NCBI GenBank assembly: GCA_044892525.1
Contig: CM097887.1
Location: 101,906,397 to 101,970,396 of the forward strand
Direction of reading: 5' to 3'
DNA length: 64,000 bases
Source: Schmidtea polychroa
Taxonomy: Eukaryota
How positions within the stretch are numbered: position 1 is the first letter of the stretch; each line of letters begins with the position of its first letter. The translations under genes and the position numbers were made by a program. The notes beneath the pieces were generated by a model that searched no databases, was not told where the DNA came from, and saw only the letters and a program-made list of their open reading frames with translations. Below, piece by piece: positions 1 through 14,347 of the stretch.

Positions 1-1027
1 TGATTTCATTAAAAAAATATTTTTTTTATGACTGTGAAAAAGTGAAACCGCGTAAAATGGGTACCGCGTAATTCGATTGGTGTAATAGGTTTATAATAAA
101 TATTTTGTAAGTATTTGAAGTCTTCAATCACATAATTATTCTTTCATTACTAAAAATTAGTAATTTCAGAATATCCAAATAAACTTATTTAATTTGCATA
201 CTAAAATGTTGATTATATTACTCATTTCATAATTTATTGGATTTTTAAAACTGTTTGAAGTTTAATATGTAAAGAATTCAAAATGAAAATATAATGACTA
301 ATGGCTGCTATTAATTTTAAAAGTATAAAAGAGGGAAGGTTGTAAATTCAATATAAGTTTTAACCTTATCATTAATTTCATAATTCATAGTTGGTGTGAG
401 GATTTATAATTTCTAAATGTAAATTTTAAGCAGAATGGTTATAAAAATTACGAAAATAAAATCTAGGAAGAAAGTACTTTTAAAAATGATAATTGGGAGA
501 TTATCGTATTATTAAAATTGTGTAATTTTAAAAATTATTGGCCGAATTACAAAAACGTCAATATGAAATGTTTGTTTTTAATAATGAATCATCAATTGAA
601 TGAAAAATTATTTTTGGATTGTTTTGAAATAAAAATATATTATTGATTTAGTATTAAGGAATAGAGAAAAATTAAATACAATAGAAACTAATATAGACAA
701 TAGAAGATTAATTCTGTCATGAAAAATGGAATAACTTTAATTTATTAGCTCCAGAATTATAGTATTCAGATAGAAAGAGAAATGAAGCCATCAAATACTT
801 ACGATAGAAATGGAGAGAAAAATATTGGAATAAATAGATTAAATTAAAATAATAGGAAAATATTTAAAATAAACTTTACAAATGTGTTTTTTTAATTTAA
901 ATAACTTATCTGTATCTAGAAATAGTTCGAAGCATATAAATATCTAAAAAATAACCCAAAAACTCCTCAAATTAAAACTAATTTATATATGAAACTACTC
1001 ATAATATATGGATTTTTACATAATTAG

Positions 1028-4000
1028 ATTGCATTTAATGGTGATGGTAGCCACTTAATTTCCGCCGGTGGTGACAAAGCTCTGAAAGTTTGGCAAATAA
1101 CTGAGCCCAGAGGTTTTGTCAGTGAACATGTCTTTGGTTCAACTGTCGATGACATTCAAGTTTCGTTAAATAAAATTTGTGGATAATTGTATAATAAATA
1201 ATTTTTATGCCAGGTTGGATGCGCTTGGATTGGCGATACCGTCATATCGGTTTCTCTTAGTGGAAATATATCTCTTTTTAAATCTGATGATTTAATAAAG
1301 GGTGACAAACCTTATGAAGTTATTTTGGGTCATCAGAAACCTATAACAGCTTTGACATTTTCATCAGAATTAAATAAATTAATTTCCAGTGATTCTGAAG
1401 GCAAAATACTGATGTGGAACATTGTAAATGGAAAAGCTGAATATCTGTGCAAAAATGTTCACTCGAATCAAATTCAAAGTATAGCACTATCGAATAATAA
1501 TGTTTTCAGTGTCGGAGTTGATGATCGACTTGTTATCACTGATTTACTGTCGAAGAATATCAAGTTAGATACAATTTTATTATTTTCTTTATGCAATCAT
1601 ACACATACTATTTAATAAAGGGTTTTTCAATAAGGACGATATGATTTTAAAATGAAATAAAATAACAGCTGTTTAGTTTCCATCAGCTTTTCTTTAATAT
1701 CTCTTTTGGACAAATCCATTCTGAGAATATCATGAAGTAATATATAACTTTCATAAATTGGCATAATATATGACACATCATTTGAGAAATCTTAAACGAC
1801 TCCAGCTGTGCGTTTAAAGAAAGAACTGCTTGAATTACAACACAAATGGCTCACGTCACGCACTTAGGGGAGGGGGGTCAGACATTTGTGACGATGTGTG
1901 ACGAAGGGGGAGGGGGTTTGACGTCACATTAAAATAATATATTATGATTATTATTTAAACACGTCAAATTAAATAAATTATTTATTCAAATACTCATGAT
2001 TGGTACTTAAATTGTAATAAAACGTTTTCCCATTTAACACGGATATAAAATAATTTACACGATCTAAAGGGGGAGGTCAGACATTTGTGACGATGTGTGA
2101 CGAAGGGGGAGGGGGTCAGAGCAATGTGACGTCATATTTGAGGGGGTCTGACTTTTTGTGACGATGTGTGACAAGGGCAGGGGTGTCAAAAATCGGCCAA
2201 AATCGCGTGACGTCATTTATGGACGGACCCTAATATCAATTGCAAAGCATTATATTAAATAACAAACTTATTTTAATTGGTTTGGTACACCACCAGAAAC
2301 AATCACACACACACACTTGTAACAATTTCTCCGAATTAAACCACAACAGTTTACGATACGACTACATTTCCTTGATTTTGAACCACAAACGATTACATTA
2401 TGTTCTAAATAAAACGTTGGCTTCGTTTACAGGAGTAAATTAGAGGAACCCAATTTCGATGACTTTCTTTTATCACTTTTAAATCATCAAGCGTTTGAGG
2501 GTTATTTTTTTGAATAAATTATTGATTTTATATAACCCCACAAAAAGGAGTTTAATCATAACTTCTTGAAGCCCTTTTAAAAGTAGCATTTCTTAAAATT
2601 ATCGATTCACCAAACTTTAGTTACAATTAGGGAATTCCATATCGAAATACTGGTTAATTTTGTCCGCTATTTAGGTATTCGAATTAAAATAACATTTTAA
2701 TATTTTGATTCCACAAAAACGAAACATATTATAGAGCACATTATAGCATTTCAGAAGAGATAAATATTCTTAAAAAATAAACCCAATAAATTTTTGTTGA
2801 AATATTTTTTTAATGAATTGTGATTTTTATGTTCCCTTACGTTTAAATTATTTAATTTTTCAATGAATTATTAATACTCGCTTTATGTATTTAATTTGAA
2901 ATTGAATAAATATAATTTTATATATAATAACTAGTTAGCGACGTACCCAGGATTTTGAAGGGAGGACAATTTTGATCAATGTAGAATAATATATTATAAA
3001 CTTAACAAAATTAAACATCCATGCGATGTTCTCCTATGCGGAACTCTGTTATGTTATTTTGCAAATTGTAATGATTTTTATATTCTTCTTTTTTCTTCGG
3101 AGAGGAGGATTTGTACCCCAGGCACATTCTGTATACGCACCTCTAACCAATAAATAATATGAATAATTTTGGCAATGGCGTAATTCACATAATTTCTTTG
3201 AAAAGCGGTATTGATTTATCGTCAAATATTGGATTGCATTCTTGCAATAAGTTGATAGTGACATTAGCAGTATGACATATGGTATCGAATCTTTTTAGTA
3301 TATTTAACATTTTCCTTAAAATCCGTAGCAATTTTAAATATTTCCAAAGATTCTCGTGGCACACGTGTTTAGAATCACTTTATTAAATAATGTTTATCTA
3401 ACTTTCTAATAGTTTTTTAATCTTTGCTATTTAAATATATTCAAAGTCTTCATTTCTTTGAGTCCATAGATTTAGATTTTTATTTATTTACCATATATTT
3501 TCACTTGATGAATAGAAGAATAAAGAAGTTTAAAACGATTAAAGTTAAATTTTATTACTCATTAAGCCCGCCTTAGATTATCATGTTACTTTGATAAAAA
3601 TTTTTAAAAAAATATAAATGTGGTTGAAATTTTTGGATAAATTATATCTAACTTAATAATATCAACCAAATTATATATTTAACCAATTCAAAATAATAAT
3701 GTATAATGACTATTACAATGTCAAAACATTTAATCAATTATTAATGCATACTGAAAAATATGGTTATCTAAATAAAATTGAATGCAACGACTTTTTGATC
3801 TTTTTGAATCAGTTGTTGAATTTCTGACTGAGAAGGATCATGTTTTGTGTGCTTTACTAAAAGGCAACAGAAATCATCTTCATTGCCTTTCTGATCTATT
3901 TTCAAAAGTTAATGAAGTTTAATGAAGATACAATGAAGAGAAACGACAGTAACACAATGCCATATAACAATGCCGTACAACACTGATTTAAGTTATAATA

Positions 4001-7000
4001 CCATTGAAGAAATTTTGTTTTCATACTTTTGTAACAGAACTAATAAATTAATGGAAGAGTTTTGAATCATAAAAAAATAAAAACATGCTTACTTCTAAAA
4101 TGAAAATCCTATGCTTATAAATAAAAAGGATCTGACATAATTAAAAGTATCACTCGCAACTAAACTGATAGTTAACCAACATGTGGCCATCTAATATAAT
4201 ATTTTGTAGTATATCATATTAGTTTTAACAGATGGCGTCAAAATCGTTCGTAGTCTTAAATACAGTCACATACCTTACAATTTTATCATTAGGAACAGAA
4301 ATACACTACAAAGCTTCATTCAAAACACATGAAATCTTTATCCATTATAGTCTGAAGAGTTTGAAAACTTAAAATAGTCAGTAATTTTTCGTTTTTCAAC
4401 TGTCGATCCATATTTTATACAAATTTTCAATACCTTTTACTTCAAGTGTTTCTTGTCGAATAAAGAATAACAAATGAGGATAATTTTTCATGAAAATACA
4501 TTTAGAATTATTCAATGCTTATTATAATGAATTATTTTTTATCGGACCATATTTTCTCAAAGCAACTTGAAAATGATTGATGATTTTAAAAGCATTTTGC
4601 CAAGATTTACTGATCATTGAATTTAGGGATGATCTAAAATTGACTTCTCAACCACGAAAAGTATCAGTTGTGGATTCATTGGTAGCGGTTGCTTGTTATA
4701 AAGAGATAATGTTGGCCAATAATACTGAACCATTGACTTTGTTGCCCGTCTCATATGAACCTTCATGTATAGCTCTTAATCCAAACAAAACGATTCTAGT
4801 TGTTGGCGGAGAGGCATAATATTTTATGGTTTAATTGGTCATGCTTTTATTCAAGATTCAGGAGTTCAAGATATTTGTTTATAAAGTAGCCAATGATTAT
4901 CGTTCTTTGTCTATTTTATCGGAATTTACTCTTCTTAATACTCCACGTGATTTTATGTTCTCTAACAATGGCTCGTTATTGGTTTGCGGAGATTCTGATA
5001 GAAAAGTTTCTCTTTTTAAAGTAACATATAAAATCGATGTTTCCTTGTATGGATTGTAAATTTAGGTTGGCCAATTAGACAGTGGGGATTCAATTTTGAC
5101 ACCGTATCATAATGAGCATTGGAAATTTCACACTGGAAGAGTCAGTTGTGTTGCTATAAACACTAATTCAACTTTAGTGGCTTCCGGATCACTGGACTGT
5201 TCAATTATTATTTGGAGTGTGGAACAACCGGCTAATAAATTTATTGTTAAAAGTTAGTTTTTCTAGTTACATGTTTTTTATTTTACCGTATTTTTCGGAC
5301 CATAAGGCGCAATATCATTGATCGACTGCTAACGGTTTTATTTTCATACATAAGGCGCACACGTTAAATGACACAAAACTCCGATAAGTCAAACTTTATT
5401 CAACTCTTTCACAATCAAAGTGCGCCTTATGATCCGAAAAATACGGTAGTTTAGTTTTGTTGGGTTATTAATGATTTATCGGGAAAGATAATATAAAAAA
5501 AGGAAATCCAACACGTTAAGTTTATTTAAATTCAAATTATATATACAATTTGAACTTTCCCTTTACAGAATAGATATCTAATCCAATTGGTCACCTTCTA
5601 ATCGCCTTCACTAAACACGGTCTATTTTAATTTTCCGTAACTCTCGTTGAAATCACGCTTGAACTTGAAATAGTTCTTTACAGGAAACTTTCGCATTCAT
5701 GATCTTCTTTAATTCAATTTTCGACCCGAAAGAAACTGATATTTTAGTAAAAATTAAAATAATTCTACTTTCGCTTGACATGTCATGCTCGGGGATTTTG
5801 TTTCAAATGGGATTGGTTAATCGATTATAATTTATTAATCATTTTGTCTAGTGACGACCAGCCACATCCTTCCAATCGATTTAAAATTATTATATCCGTT
5901 TATGTCTCATCATACTTGTTTCCCCTGAAAAAGATTAATTTTTCAATACTATTGATTAATTTTTTACAATTCAATTTATTTTCTTTGAATTTTGTCAGAT
6001 TATGTCAGTAAAGAAGAAAATTAACAAACAAAAATTTTAATCGATATTATTGTAAAATTACAAAAGTAAATTATTTAAAATACAAACAACAGTTTCAAAT
6101 TATGTATGACAAAATTCAATGTGAAATTTTTACAATACCAAGTACAATTATCGATTTAAGAATTATTGTGTCTCGAAAGCAATTGTTTTTATAATGTTTA
6201 TGTCGGATAAATGAATTATTTATTATGATTAGAAGACTTAAGTGTTATATCCAATAATTATGTCTTTTATTGATTTTCACAGTGCTCTTTGTACATTTTT
6301 TGCCTGAATTTATACAACACAACATTAGTAACTAGGTTATTTATTAAGTTAAAACTTAAATTACTTTCTAAGTCTTTACTTGAATTGACTCCTGAGTTCT
6401 ATTATTGATATTTTCAAAAAATTACCCTACATTCTTAATCTAGAAAATAGCATTTAAACTATATAAGTTATGGAAACACTTTTAAAAAATGATATCCGAA
6501 CAAAATCATATATTCTGTGACCAACGTTCCCTCTAAATTATTTTCAGCGCAGTATATTTAATTCAACCGTTTCATGGCAGTTGTTCCTAGTAAAAAAATG
6601 TGCTATTTTTTATTTTATTTTCACCTTCCAATTAACATATTTATTATAAAACATTACGAATTTTTGATACTCAATATTATTATGTGGTTCATTTTAAATA
6701 TTTAAAAATTTTCAATGTTTATAACCAGATGCATAATAACGGTATATTTCTGTAGTGTCGTTTTAAAACTTTTACAACCACGTTATAGCATTTTGACGCT
6801 TATTTGTATTTAAAGGCTGCTCAGCGCAGCTGACTTTGCGCGCACTGCTGCTTATGGCTTAGAGGGAACATTGTCTGTGAAAACTCTACTTTGATTACAT
6901 TTCGAATATGGATATGATTTCCCCTCGTATGAATCCATCTCTTGTTTTTGGCCTTGTGGTGAATCTAGAAGCCTTTATAAGCAGTTTAACACGACTTTCT

Positions 7001-7423
7001 ACTGATTGGGCGTGATAAAGAAATATTGAGAACACTAATATTTAACGTTGCTGGATCACGAGTCTGCATTTGCAGAATTTGCTCGAACCCATATGGAATT
7101 GTTTCAAATACTAACAAATAGCAAGTTTGGAATTAATTGACTGGATTCAAAACTTTATACTGATAAGAAAGGCATAGGAAAGATCCAAAATTCATCAACC
7201 GAATAAAAATTGTCACCAAAAACATAAATACAGATTTAGAATAAATATAATTTTCATGAATAATTATTATGAAATATTTTTCTTGTTCAGAAATTATGTA
7301 TTTCAATTTTTAGATGCTCATCCAATGAGTAATATTACTAGCCTTGTGTGGACTGACGCTTATACCCTGTTTTCTGCTGGCCAGGATTCCAATATTAAGC
7401 AATGGAAAGTCACGGTCAAATAA
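1028..7423 (+). CDS. WDR1: WD repeat protein 1 / actin-interacting protein 1 (AIP1), 3' portion; exons 1028-1159, 1214-1563, 4627-4813, 4862-5020, 5066-5252, 7314-7423; 5' exons not found in the window
   Basis: Phase-compatible spliced translation IAFNGDGSHLISAGGDKALKVW...GSTVDDIQVGCAW...SVSLSG...GHQKPITAL...WKFHTGRVSCVA...VASGSLDCSIIIW...AHPMSNITSLVW...SAGQDSNIKQWKVTVK* follows the second WD40 propeller of AIP1/WDR1. Introns are 54, 3063, 48 (GC-AG), 45 and 2061 bp. Confidence 0.92.
1865..2232. repeat. Subterminal tandem repeats and one end of a non-autonomous DNA transposon in WDR1 intron
   Basis: Three to four copies of gggg(a)gggggtcagacatttgtgacgatgtgtgac, ending in cgtgacgtcatttatggacggacccta. 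The other end and a TSD were not identified. Confidence 0.5.
3790..4195 (+). pseudogene. Degenerate hAT (Buster-like) transposase C-terminal fragment in WDR1 intron
   Basis: Broken translation LFESVVEFLTEKD...LSDLFSKVNEV resembles the hAT 'YLSDIF..LNE.N' region; it contains stops and frameshifts. Confidence 0.45.
5286..5446. mobile_element. Tc1/mariner-pogo-type MITE, 161 bp
   Basis: 26-bp TIR ccgtatttttcgga(c/t)cataaggcgca with 25/26 matches, flanked by TA on both sides. Confidence 0.88.
6522..6873. mobile_element. hAT-type MITE, 352 bp
   Basis: 15-bp TIR caa(c/t)gttccctctaa (14/15); near-perfect 8-bp TSD tctgtgac/tctgtgaa. Confidence 0.85.
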
Positions 7424-7877
7424 GATTGATTTTGTTTCTCAAACCCTTCACCTTGATTTTCGTGTTTTCAATTAATAAATTTAGATAACTTTTCAATTTA
7501 TAAATGAAACTTTTGATTATTAATTTTCTATATGAAATATATTCTGAAAAAAATTTTAATTTTTATCTGAAACAAAAATTTAATGATAAATTATATTTAT
7601 GAATATTTTTCAAATTCGAAAGAAATCGAAATTATAAAACCACACATTTAATCATGCAAAATATCGAAATAATTGAACAAAAGAAATCAGAAAATATCTC
7701 ATGAAAATCCAAATATATGCATATATAATTTGGGGTTATATTAAAAGTATAAGGATAGGCACTCTAAAATATGATCAAGAATATTTGATTCGATTTCCAT
7801 TCACCTAAACATAACGTAAATTTATGCAAATGATTGATGACTCTCAAGCCAGGTTACATTTTCAAATGCAGAATCTA

Positions 7878-10800
7878 TCAAAATAAAATACGCTTTATCG
7901 TTTTCGAAGCAGCTGAGACAGTATTTCGTCCAGTTAGAATTATATGATTAGGAATTGCTTGAACCATTTCGCTCGAGTATAGATAATCCAACGTACCAAA
8001 AAATAACTTAGTTAGGCAAATATTGCGTGGTAAGTATGAGCACCATATTGGAGCTGTATATGCTGTAGCTGCAAATAATCCAGAGACGATAATTGGATTT
8101 CGAATCATTCTTTGATAAGTTTGTTGAAACAAATTTGGAGAATTAACATGTGAAATAGAATCTAATTAAATATATATTATTAAGTTAGAAAAAGATTTCA
8201 ATCATTGTATTAATTGTAATTACAAAAAATGACTTGCATATCTCCAATTTGCGACATCCATATATTACGTACAAATCGAGTTGAAAAGGAGGTTTTAAAG
8301 TTTGGAAAGGAAAATTTTTGGCGTTAAACGAAAAATATTGAATTTTTATAGATCACCTCCTTTGGATATTAGCACTGGAATGATAAATGAAATTTGGTTT
8401 TTATATCTGCAGCTTGATTAACTTATTTTGTATATGTCAAACAGCGAATTTTAGGTTTATGTTTTAATGATTGTATCACCGAAATTATAATTAATTTGTA
8501 TTTTCAAGAAGCTCGGTATCAATTTACAAATATTACATTTGTTATATGCCGAATTTTACTTTTGGCAATTACATAAATTTTTTTAATTCTGCACATTTTA
8601 ATACAACCTCAAAATAACTATGCCTTTCTATTTATCTTCAATCATTTTATTCCTCTACTCATTCTTTAATTTTCTAATAGCATAATTAAATATTCATACA
8701 ACAATAAAATAAACATGAATGAATGAATTGGACATGAATAATTAATTTACTGCCTGCTATTAACTCCAAAATAATTTATTTAGGGCATTTTATGTGAAAT
8801 ACCGAAATTTATTTATTTTGGATTACAAGTGAAACTTAGATTCTAATTATTGGTGTCTCGGTTTGGATCCACTATATTATCACTTTGGTCACGTCTTCTC
8901 TTCAAATAACTATACCAGAGCTTTCCAACCGGTGTGTCGCGACAATTTAGTGTGTCGGCAGCGCTGCATAGGTGTATATGAAATACAATACATATATATA
9001 GTCCGTCGTGTTTTAGCTGCAAGAACGCTTGTTTACCCTATTCATTAGTTAATCGTTGGAATTCGATATTTATATTTAAATATGTTTCATTGGCTCTTGT
9101 ATAACGGTTTACCATATGGCGTAAGTTGTATGACGTCTGGTTTTCTGGTAAAACTGATTTGCTGTGTCGCGAAATGATGGAAGTCTAAAATATGTGTCAC
9201 AAGCATGAAAAGGTTGGAAAGAACTGAACTATACAGTCACATCAGGTCTCTGGTTACTACGCTTTCATATATAAAATTAAACACGAATACAAAATACTCA
9301 CTATTTTACTCTAATTTGTGATCCATAAATGTCATTCTGTTCTATAGATCTTTCTTGCAACCTTGATTTCATCGGCTTCGTATTTTATTCCCCCTATTGA
9401 ATTTAGTAAATTTCATTGAAATTTCTATGTTCAGTGATTAAAATTCTCGTTTATTCGATGGAAATACCTCCATCTTTATTTTAGTTTCTAAACAAACAGT
9501 CAATTTCGATTGATTTACTAAAATTTGACAAATTACTAATTGTAAATGTACAATTCTTACCACTCTATAATATTGTTTTACAATACTATAATACTAACAT
9601 ATTTGAGCGAATTTTTATAATCATAAATCGAATCCCCTTTAAAGGGACATATTAAATTTTAAATTTAGGTTAAAAAAATTCACGATTTCCTAGTTTTTTC
9701 CGAAGATCAACTTCGGACAGCAAAGTTCAGGACAATGTGAAATAATAAAAAACTATTAAATTTATTAAAATTTGAGGATATATCTTACGAAATTGTGTTA
9801 TCATTATCTCTATAACTCAAAGTTGTCAAAATATTTTGTGTAAATTTTATCTAAAAATTTATGTAGATTTATTATAGTGCGTTTATTCATTACAACGATT
9901 CTACATATCGACATTTCGCATCCATTTTTTAATATATGTTGTGTTTGTGTGTTCAGTTTATTTTTTCTACCACTTTATCACTTTCTATATTAAATGCGTT
10001 TATTCATTCACAGGTCGGTCTGTGTCTATATAATATAAACTTATTAATTTTTTAAACATTTATAAACATTATATATTTATATATATATATATACACGTAC
10101 CAGCTGCCGCCATTATTTCAAATGACATTTCATGACATGAGGCCATTTGTGAAATTGGTAATTCTAAAACAGGTAAAATTTTCTTTTTCATTTTTAAGTC
10201 ATCTTTGTTAATTTCACAAGAAATTGTTGAACAATGTTCATCTAAAATAACTTCTTTACAATCTTCTAAAGTTTCATTATTTAAAATAAGTTGATCTGTT
10301 TCAGAATAAAAAGCGCTATCTGAATTAATTAAATCAATCTCCGAAGATATCTGACCATCATCGCTTTTATTGCATTCAAAAGATTTTCGTGTTGCACGCA
10401 TTTCTTCACAGCTTACTTGAATACTTTTGATTAATTTATCAAGAGATTCCATTGGGTCATCCTTTAGCTTTTTTTTGTTCGAATCTTTTTTGTTCGAACG
10501 TGTTTCATTTTTAGATTCAAATGAAGTTGGTAAATTTCCCGTTGACGCGTCTTGTACGGCTTCATTATACGATGACGTTTCAATTGCAGGTAAAAAAGTA
10601 GAATATGATGATCCTGTGAAGCTATTGTTTAAAAAGTTTTGATTTTCATCAAGTATATCTGTTTTATCAATAGGTCTAAATGTCGTATGAAAAACTTCAT
10701 CTTCACTACAAGTTTCGTCATTGATATGATTATTAAGTGATGTCTTTCTTTCCGGTTTGCAAATATCCACTACTTCATTTAAACTGCTGGAATTACTTTT

Positions 10801-11717
10801 AGTCTTTATAAGGTTTGGACTAAATTCCTTTTGATTGACAATTACTGGAACTTCTTGCTCATATTCTAGTTGATTTTTACATTCACTATTAATATCATTC
10901 CAGGAATAATACTTTATTATCCCATTAGGCAAAGTATCTATGGATGCATTTTTTAATAAATCAGTCGGAGGTTCACTTATGCCTCTACTATTCATTAAAA
11001 ACTTCATTGCTTTTCTGTTAATATTTTCACTTTGATTTCCAATATCAGAAGAAGCAGTCATTATAGTACTGGAAAAACTAACAACATTATTGATAACATT
11101 TTTCACATTATATTTTGCTCGTTTCACTTTTGGACTATGCAAGCAACTGGAAGATCGAATCACTTTACTAGCTTTAGCTTTAAAAACTTCAATTTTAGCT
11201 CTGTGTTTTTCAGTTTTTGCAATTGTAGCAGTTAGAATAACTGGAGAATGGTCACTAGATGAAATAGTCATTTCCTTTCCGTCAGTCGATATGCTTTCTC
11301 TATTAATTATCACTTCACTTTTTCGACTTCCACTGCCAGTGCTAGCTGAACTATTTAAACTCAAACCAGAGTCACGAGCTTTCTTTGACCGCCTTTTAAA
11401 AAGAGAATTCAAAGACAACTTTGATGAATCGACTTTTGCACGAAGACCGACAGAATGAGGCATATCTTCATTTCTAATTCCATCAATTTCTGAAACATTG
11501 ATATTCGGCAATCTGACATCCTGATGAGAACTTGATGTATTTTCAACTTCTTCTTTATGTATTCTGTGCAAAGTTCTTTTTTCGGATTCAAATTTTGATG
11601 GCAAACTGTTAAAAAATGTTTTAAATTTTGATGGTGATTTCCTTCCGGAATTCGCGATTGAAATTGATAGAGAGGCTTTTGTTTGGCTTTCTCCACTAAA
11701 GTCATTACTGCTTTTAT
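7878..11717 (-). CDS. Uncharacterised Ser/Lys/Asn-rich protein; large exon 11717-10101 spliced to terminal exon 8161-7878; 5' exon(s) not located
   Basis: The 511-aa ORF stays open upstream to a tag|at acceptor at 11717. It has a phase-1 donor g|gtacgt at 10101/10100 and a phase-1 acceptor tag|at at 8162/8161, giving ...MAAAD-SISHVNSPNLFQQ...KRILF*. A stop-free 1.6-kb frame is unlikely by chance in AT-rich DNA. Confidence 0.75.
8916..9226. mobile_element. hAT-type MITE, 311 bp, in intron of the orphan gene
   Basis: TIR cag(ag/tt)ctttccaacc (13/15); perfect 8-bp TSD aactatac (8908-8915 and 9227-9234). Confidence 0.9.
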
Positions 11718-14347
11718 CTATAATAAAAGATAAATTTCTATAAGTATTATTTAAAATAAAATTAATATTATTTATTTATTATATTTAAAAAGTATTTTTA
11801 TATAATTAATGTACAAATACGACTCTAGAAAGTAAAGGGGATTATTTAAAATTTTAAGTTTATTAAGCAATTCTTTTTATATTATTAAACAGAGAGCAGT
11901 CAGAGCAGCGTCGCCGTTTTTGAAATATAATTATAATGGCCTCCTTAATTTAATTATAATAATAATAATAATTTCACGAGTCACGTCCGTGGCTTTAGCA
12001 CCGCGAACGAACGCAAAAAATCAAGAGGTGTCGAAAATGGAAATCTTTGACAACGTAACGTCATTATTGGCTCTAAAAATAAAGAGAAATTAAACTTTCG
12101 AGAAAAATGATGACACTGAGCTGGTAGAATAAGAAATTTGCTTTCTAAATTCATACAAAATCTTTTAAAACACAAACAAATGGCAGCAAGATATAGAATT
12201 GAAATAAACGGACTTATGCCTTAGCCTAATATGCGGAGTGGATAAAGAAGACTCGTACATAAATTAAATAAGTGAATCATTGGAATTTTAAAGACAAAAC
12301 AATGAATACCTATAGGTAAATATTAGTGAATTTGTTTTACCTAGTGAATAACATATCTATTATTCATATCTATATTCATATCTATAAATATCTATTACGA
12401 CGTGTTTTTAAAGAAATTTACTGTTGAGATTCCGAGAATCTTAACTTGGTATTTTATATAAATAAATACAATGACACTGACTAGTAAATTCTTTTTAATA
12501 TAACAATTACAAAGGTGATAAAAAGCAAAAAAATATAATACTTTAATATTTTATGTGTGTAAGCGTTTGTATGATTTGTTTTGATGCTTTGTTTCGACTA
12601 CAGCTTCTTGAGCTCCGTGTGTGATTTGTATGGTCTAATTTATATTACAATAACAATTACTGAATTTGCAATTCTTCTTAAATTACATTTTGGGTTTGAT
12701 CTGACAGTAAAAATTTATACTTATATTGAAAAAATATTGAAGCGTAACTCATCCCTTAAAATATTTTGGCACCTCATTTGAGCCTAACAAATTATTATTA
12801 TTTAATTATTTGTCATTTATTTAAACAATTACGCACTTAGAAACTCAAGTGCCTTTAAAAATATCTTGGATGCCATCATTAGAACATTTATTCCCGGACA
12901 GTTTTATCTATCCTGGGATCTTTATTTATTGTATTTAAATGTATATTTTATTGATTTTTAAAAAAAAACAAAGACCATAATGCACCTAATGTTTCATCAT
13001 TTAGACCAAATCTCAGTTTAATGCAAAAGTTTCCAGATGATAAAAAGACTCTTTCGGACTCCACTGAAGTCACAGGAATCGTTGATAGTTGTTCATAAAT
13101 GTTTTGGAGAAAATATCTCTATTTAAAATTGGGAATTAAAATTACAATCTCGTTTTTTATCAGGCTTTCAAATCAATTTTGGTTTCCGATCAATTTAGAA
13201 GGAAAGATTGATGAGGCAATTAATAATCTGTTGAGAATAACATTATTAAGAAGTGTAACTCACCGTGGAACACATCGTTAATTTTGGTGTGGAAAAAGGA
13301 GAAACAGGATGTCAGGCTGTGTCTAGATTTCAGACAGTTAAATTTAGTATCGGTGAGACAGGCTTTCACAATGCCAAATATATCAGAATTATTAGATAAA
13401 CTAGGAGAGCTCAGTATTTCACTTCGATTGACTTGGGTAATGCATTCTATCAAGTTGAACTTGATGAAGAATCAAAAGAAAGGACAGCTTTTTCAACGAA
13501 TGTATGTCAATTTATTTTTAATAGAATGCCTTATGGAAATAGCAGCAGCAGCAGGTACGTTTTAGGAGTTCATGCTGAAACTGCTGGAAAACAGAGTTGG
13601 TACGGTAGTTTACTTGAATGGCATCCTAATATTCACCAATTCAATCAATGAACACTCAAGTTCTAGAGGACGTATTAAAGAGAATAGAGGAAGCTGATTT
13701 GAGAATTAGTTCGGAGAAATGTCACATTTTAAAAAAAGAGGTTAAGTTCCTGGGGCACATTATCTATAAAAATGTCATTCAGGCAGACCCTGCAAGAACA
13801 GAGTCAATACGATCGCTCCAAAGACCAAAATTTATCAAGAGTTTAAGAAGCTTTCTAGGGATATGTAATTATTACTGGAGATTTATTGAAGGATACTCAG
13901 AAAAATCGAGAGCACTAGAGGAACTTTGTGGGAAGAATAAAGAAAAGAAACTAGTATGGACAGATAACTGCGATAAAGCGTTTAACGAGATGAAAAGGCC
14001 ATTGACGTCAACATCAGAGTTGGGTTTCCCCGATGTCAATAACGAGTTTATTTTAGAATCAGACGTCAGTTTTGATACAATCGGTGGGGTATTATCACAG
14101 TTGGACGACGGTGGGCATGAACGGGATATAGTGTATGGATCGCACGCAATGGACAACCACGAAAAAGGATATTGCATAACGAGAAAGGAGTTATTAGCAA
14201 TTTACTATTTTTGCCAACACTTTAATCACTATCTGTAAGGGGGAAGATTTATATTACGCACAGACCAAAAAGCGATCACAATCATGTTGAAGACAAACAA
14301 GCACAATTCAAGACTTGGATCAACTTTCCTAGTAGTTTTGATATAAA

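Noticed and set aside
1616-1800. Mariner-like terminal sequence
   Set aside because: Only a vague TIR resemblance, with no partner end or transposase motif.
10427-11458. Plus-strand ORFs 10427-10642, 11032-11235 and 11090-11458
   Set aside because: They are antisense shadows of the long minus-strand exon and have no independent motifs.
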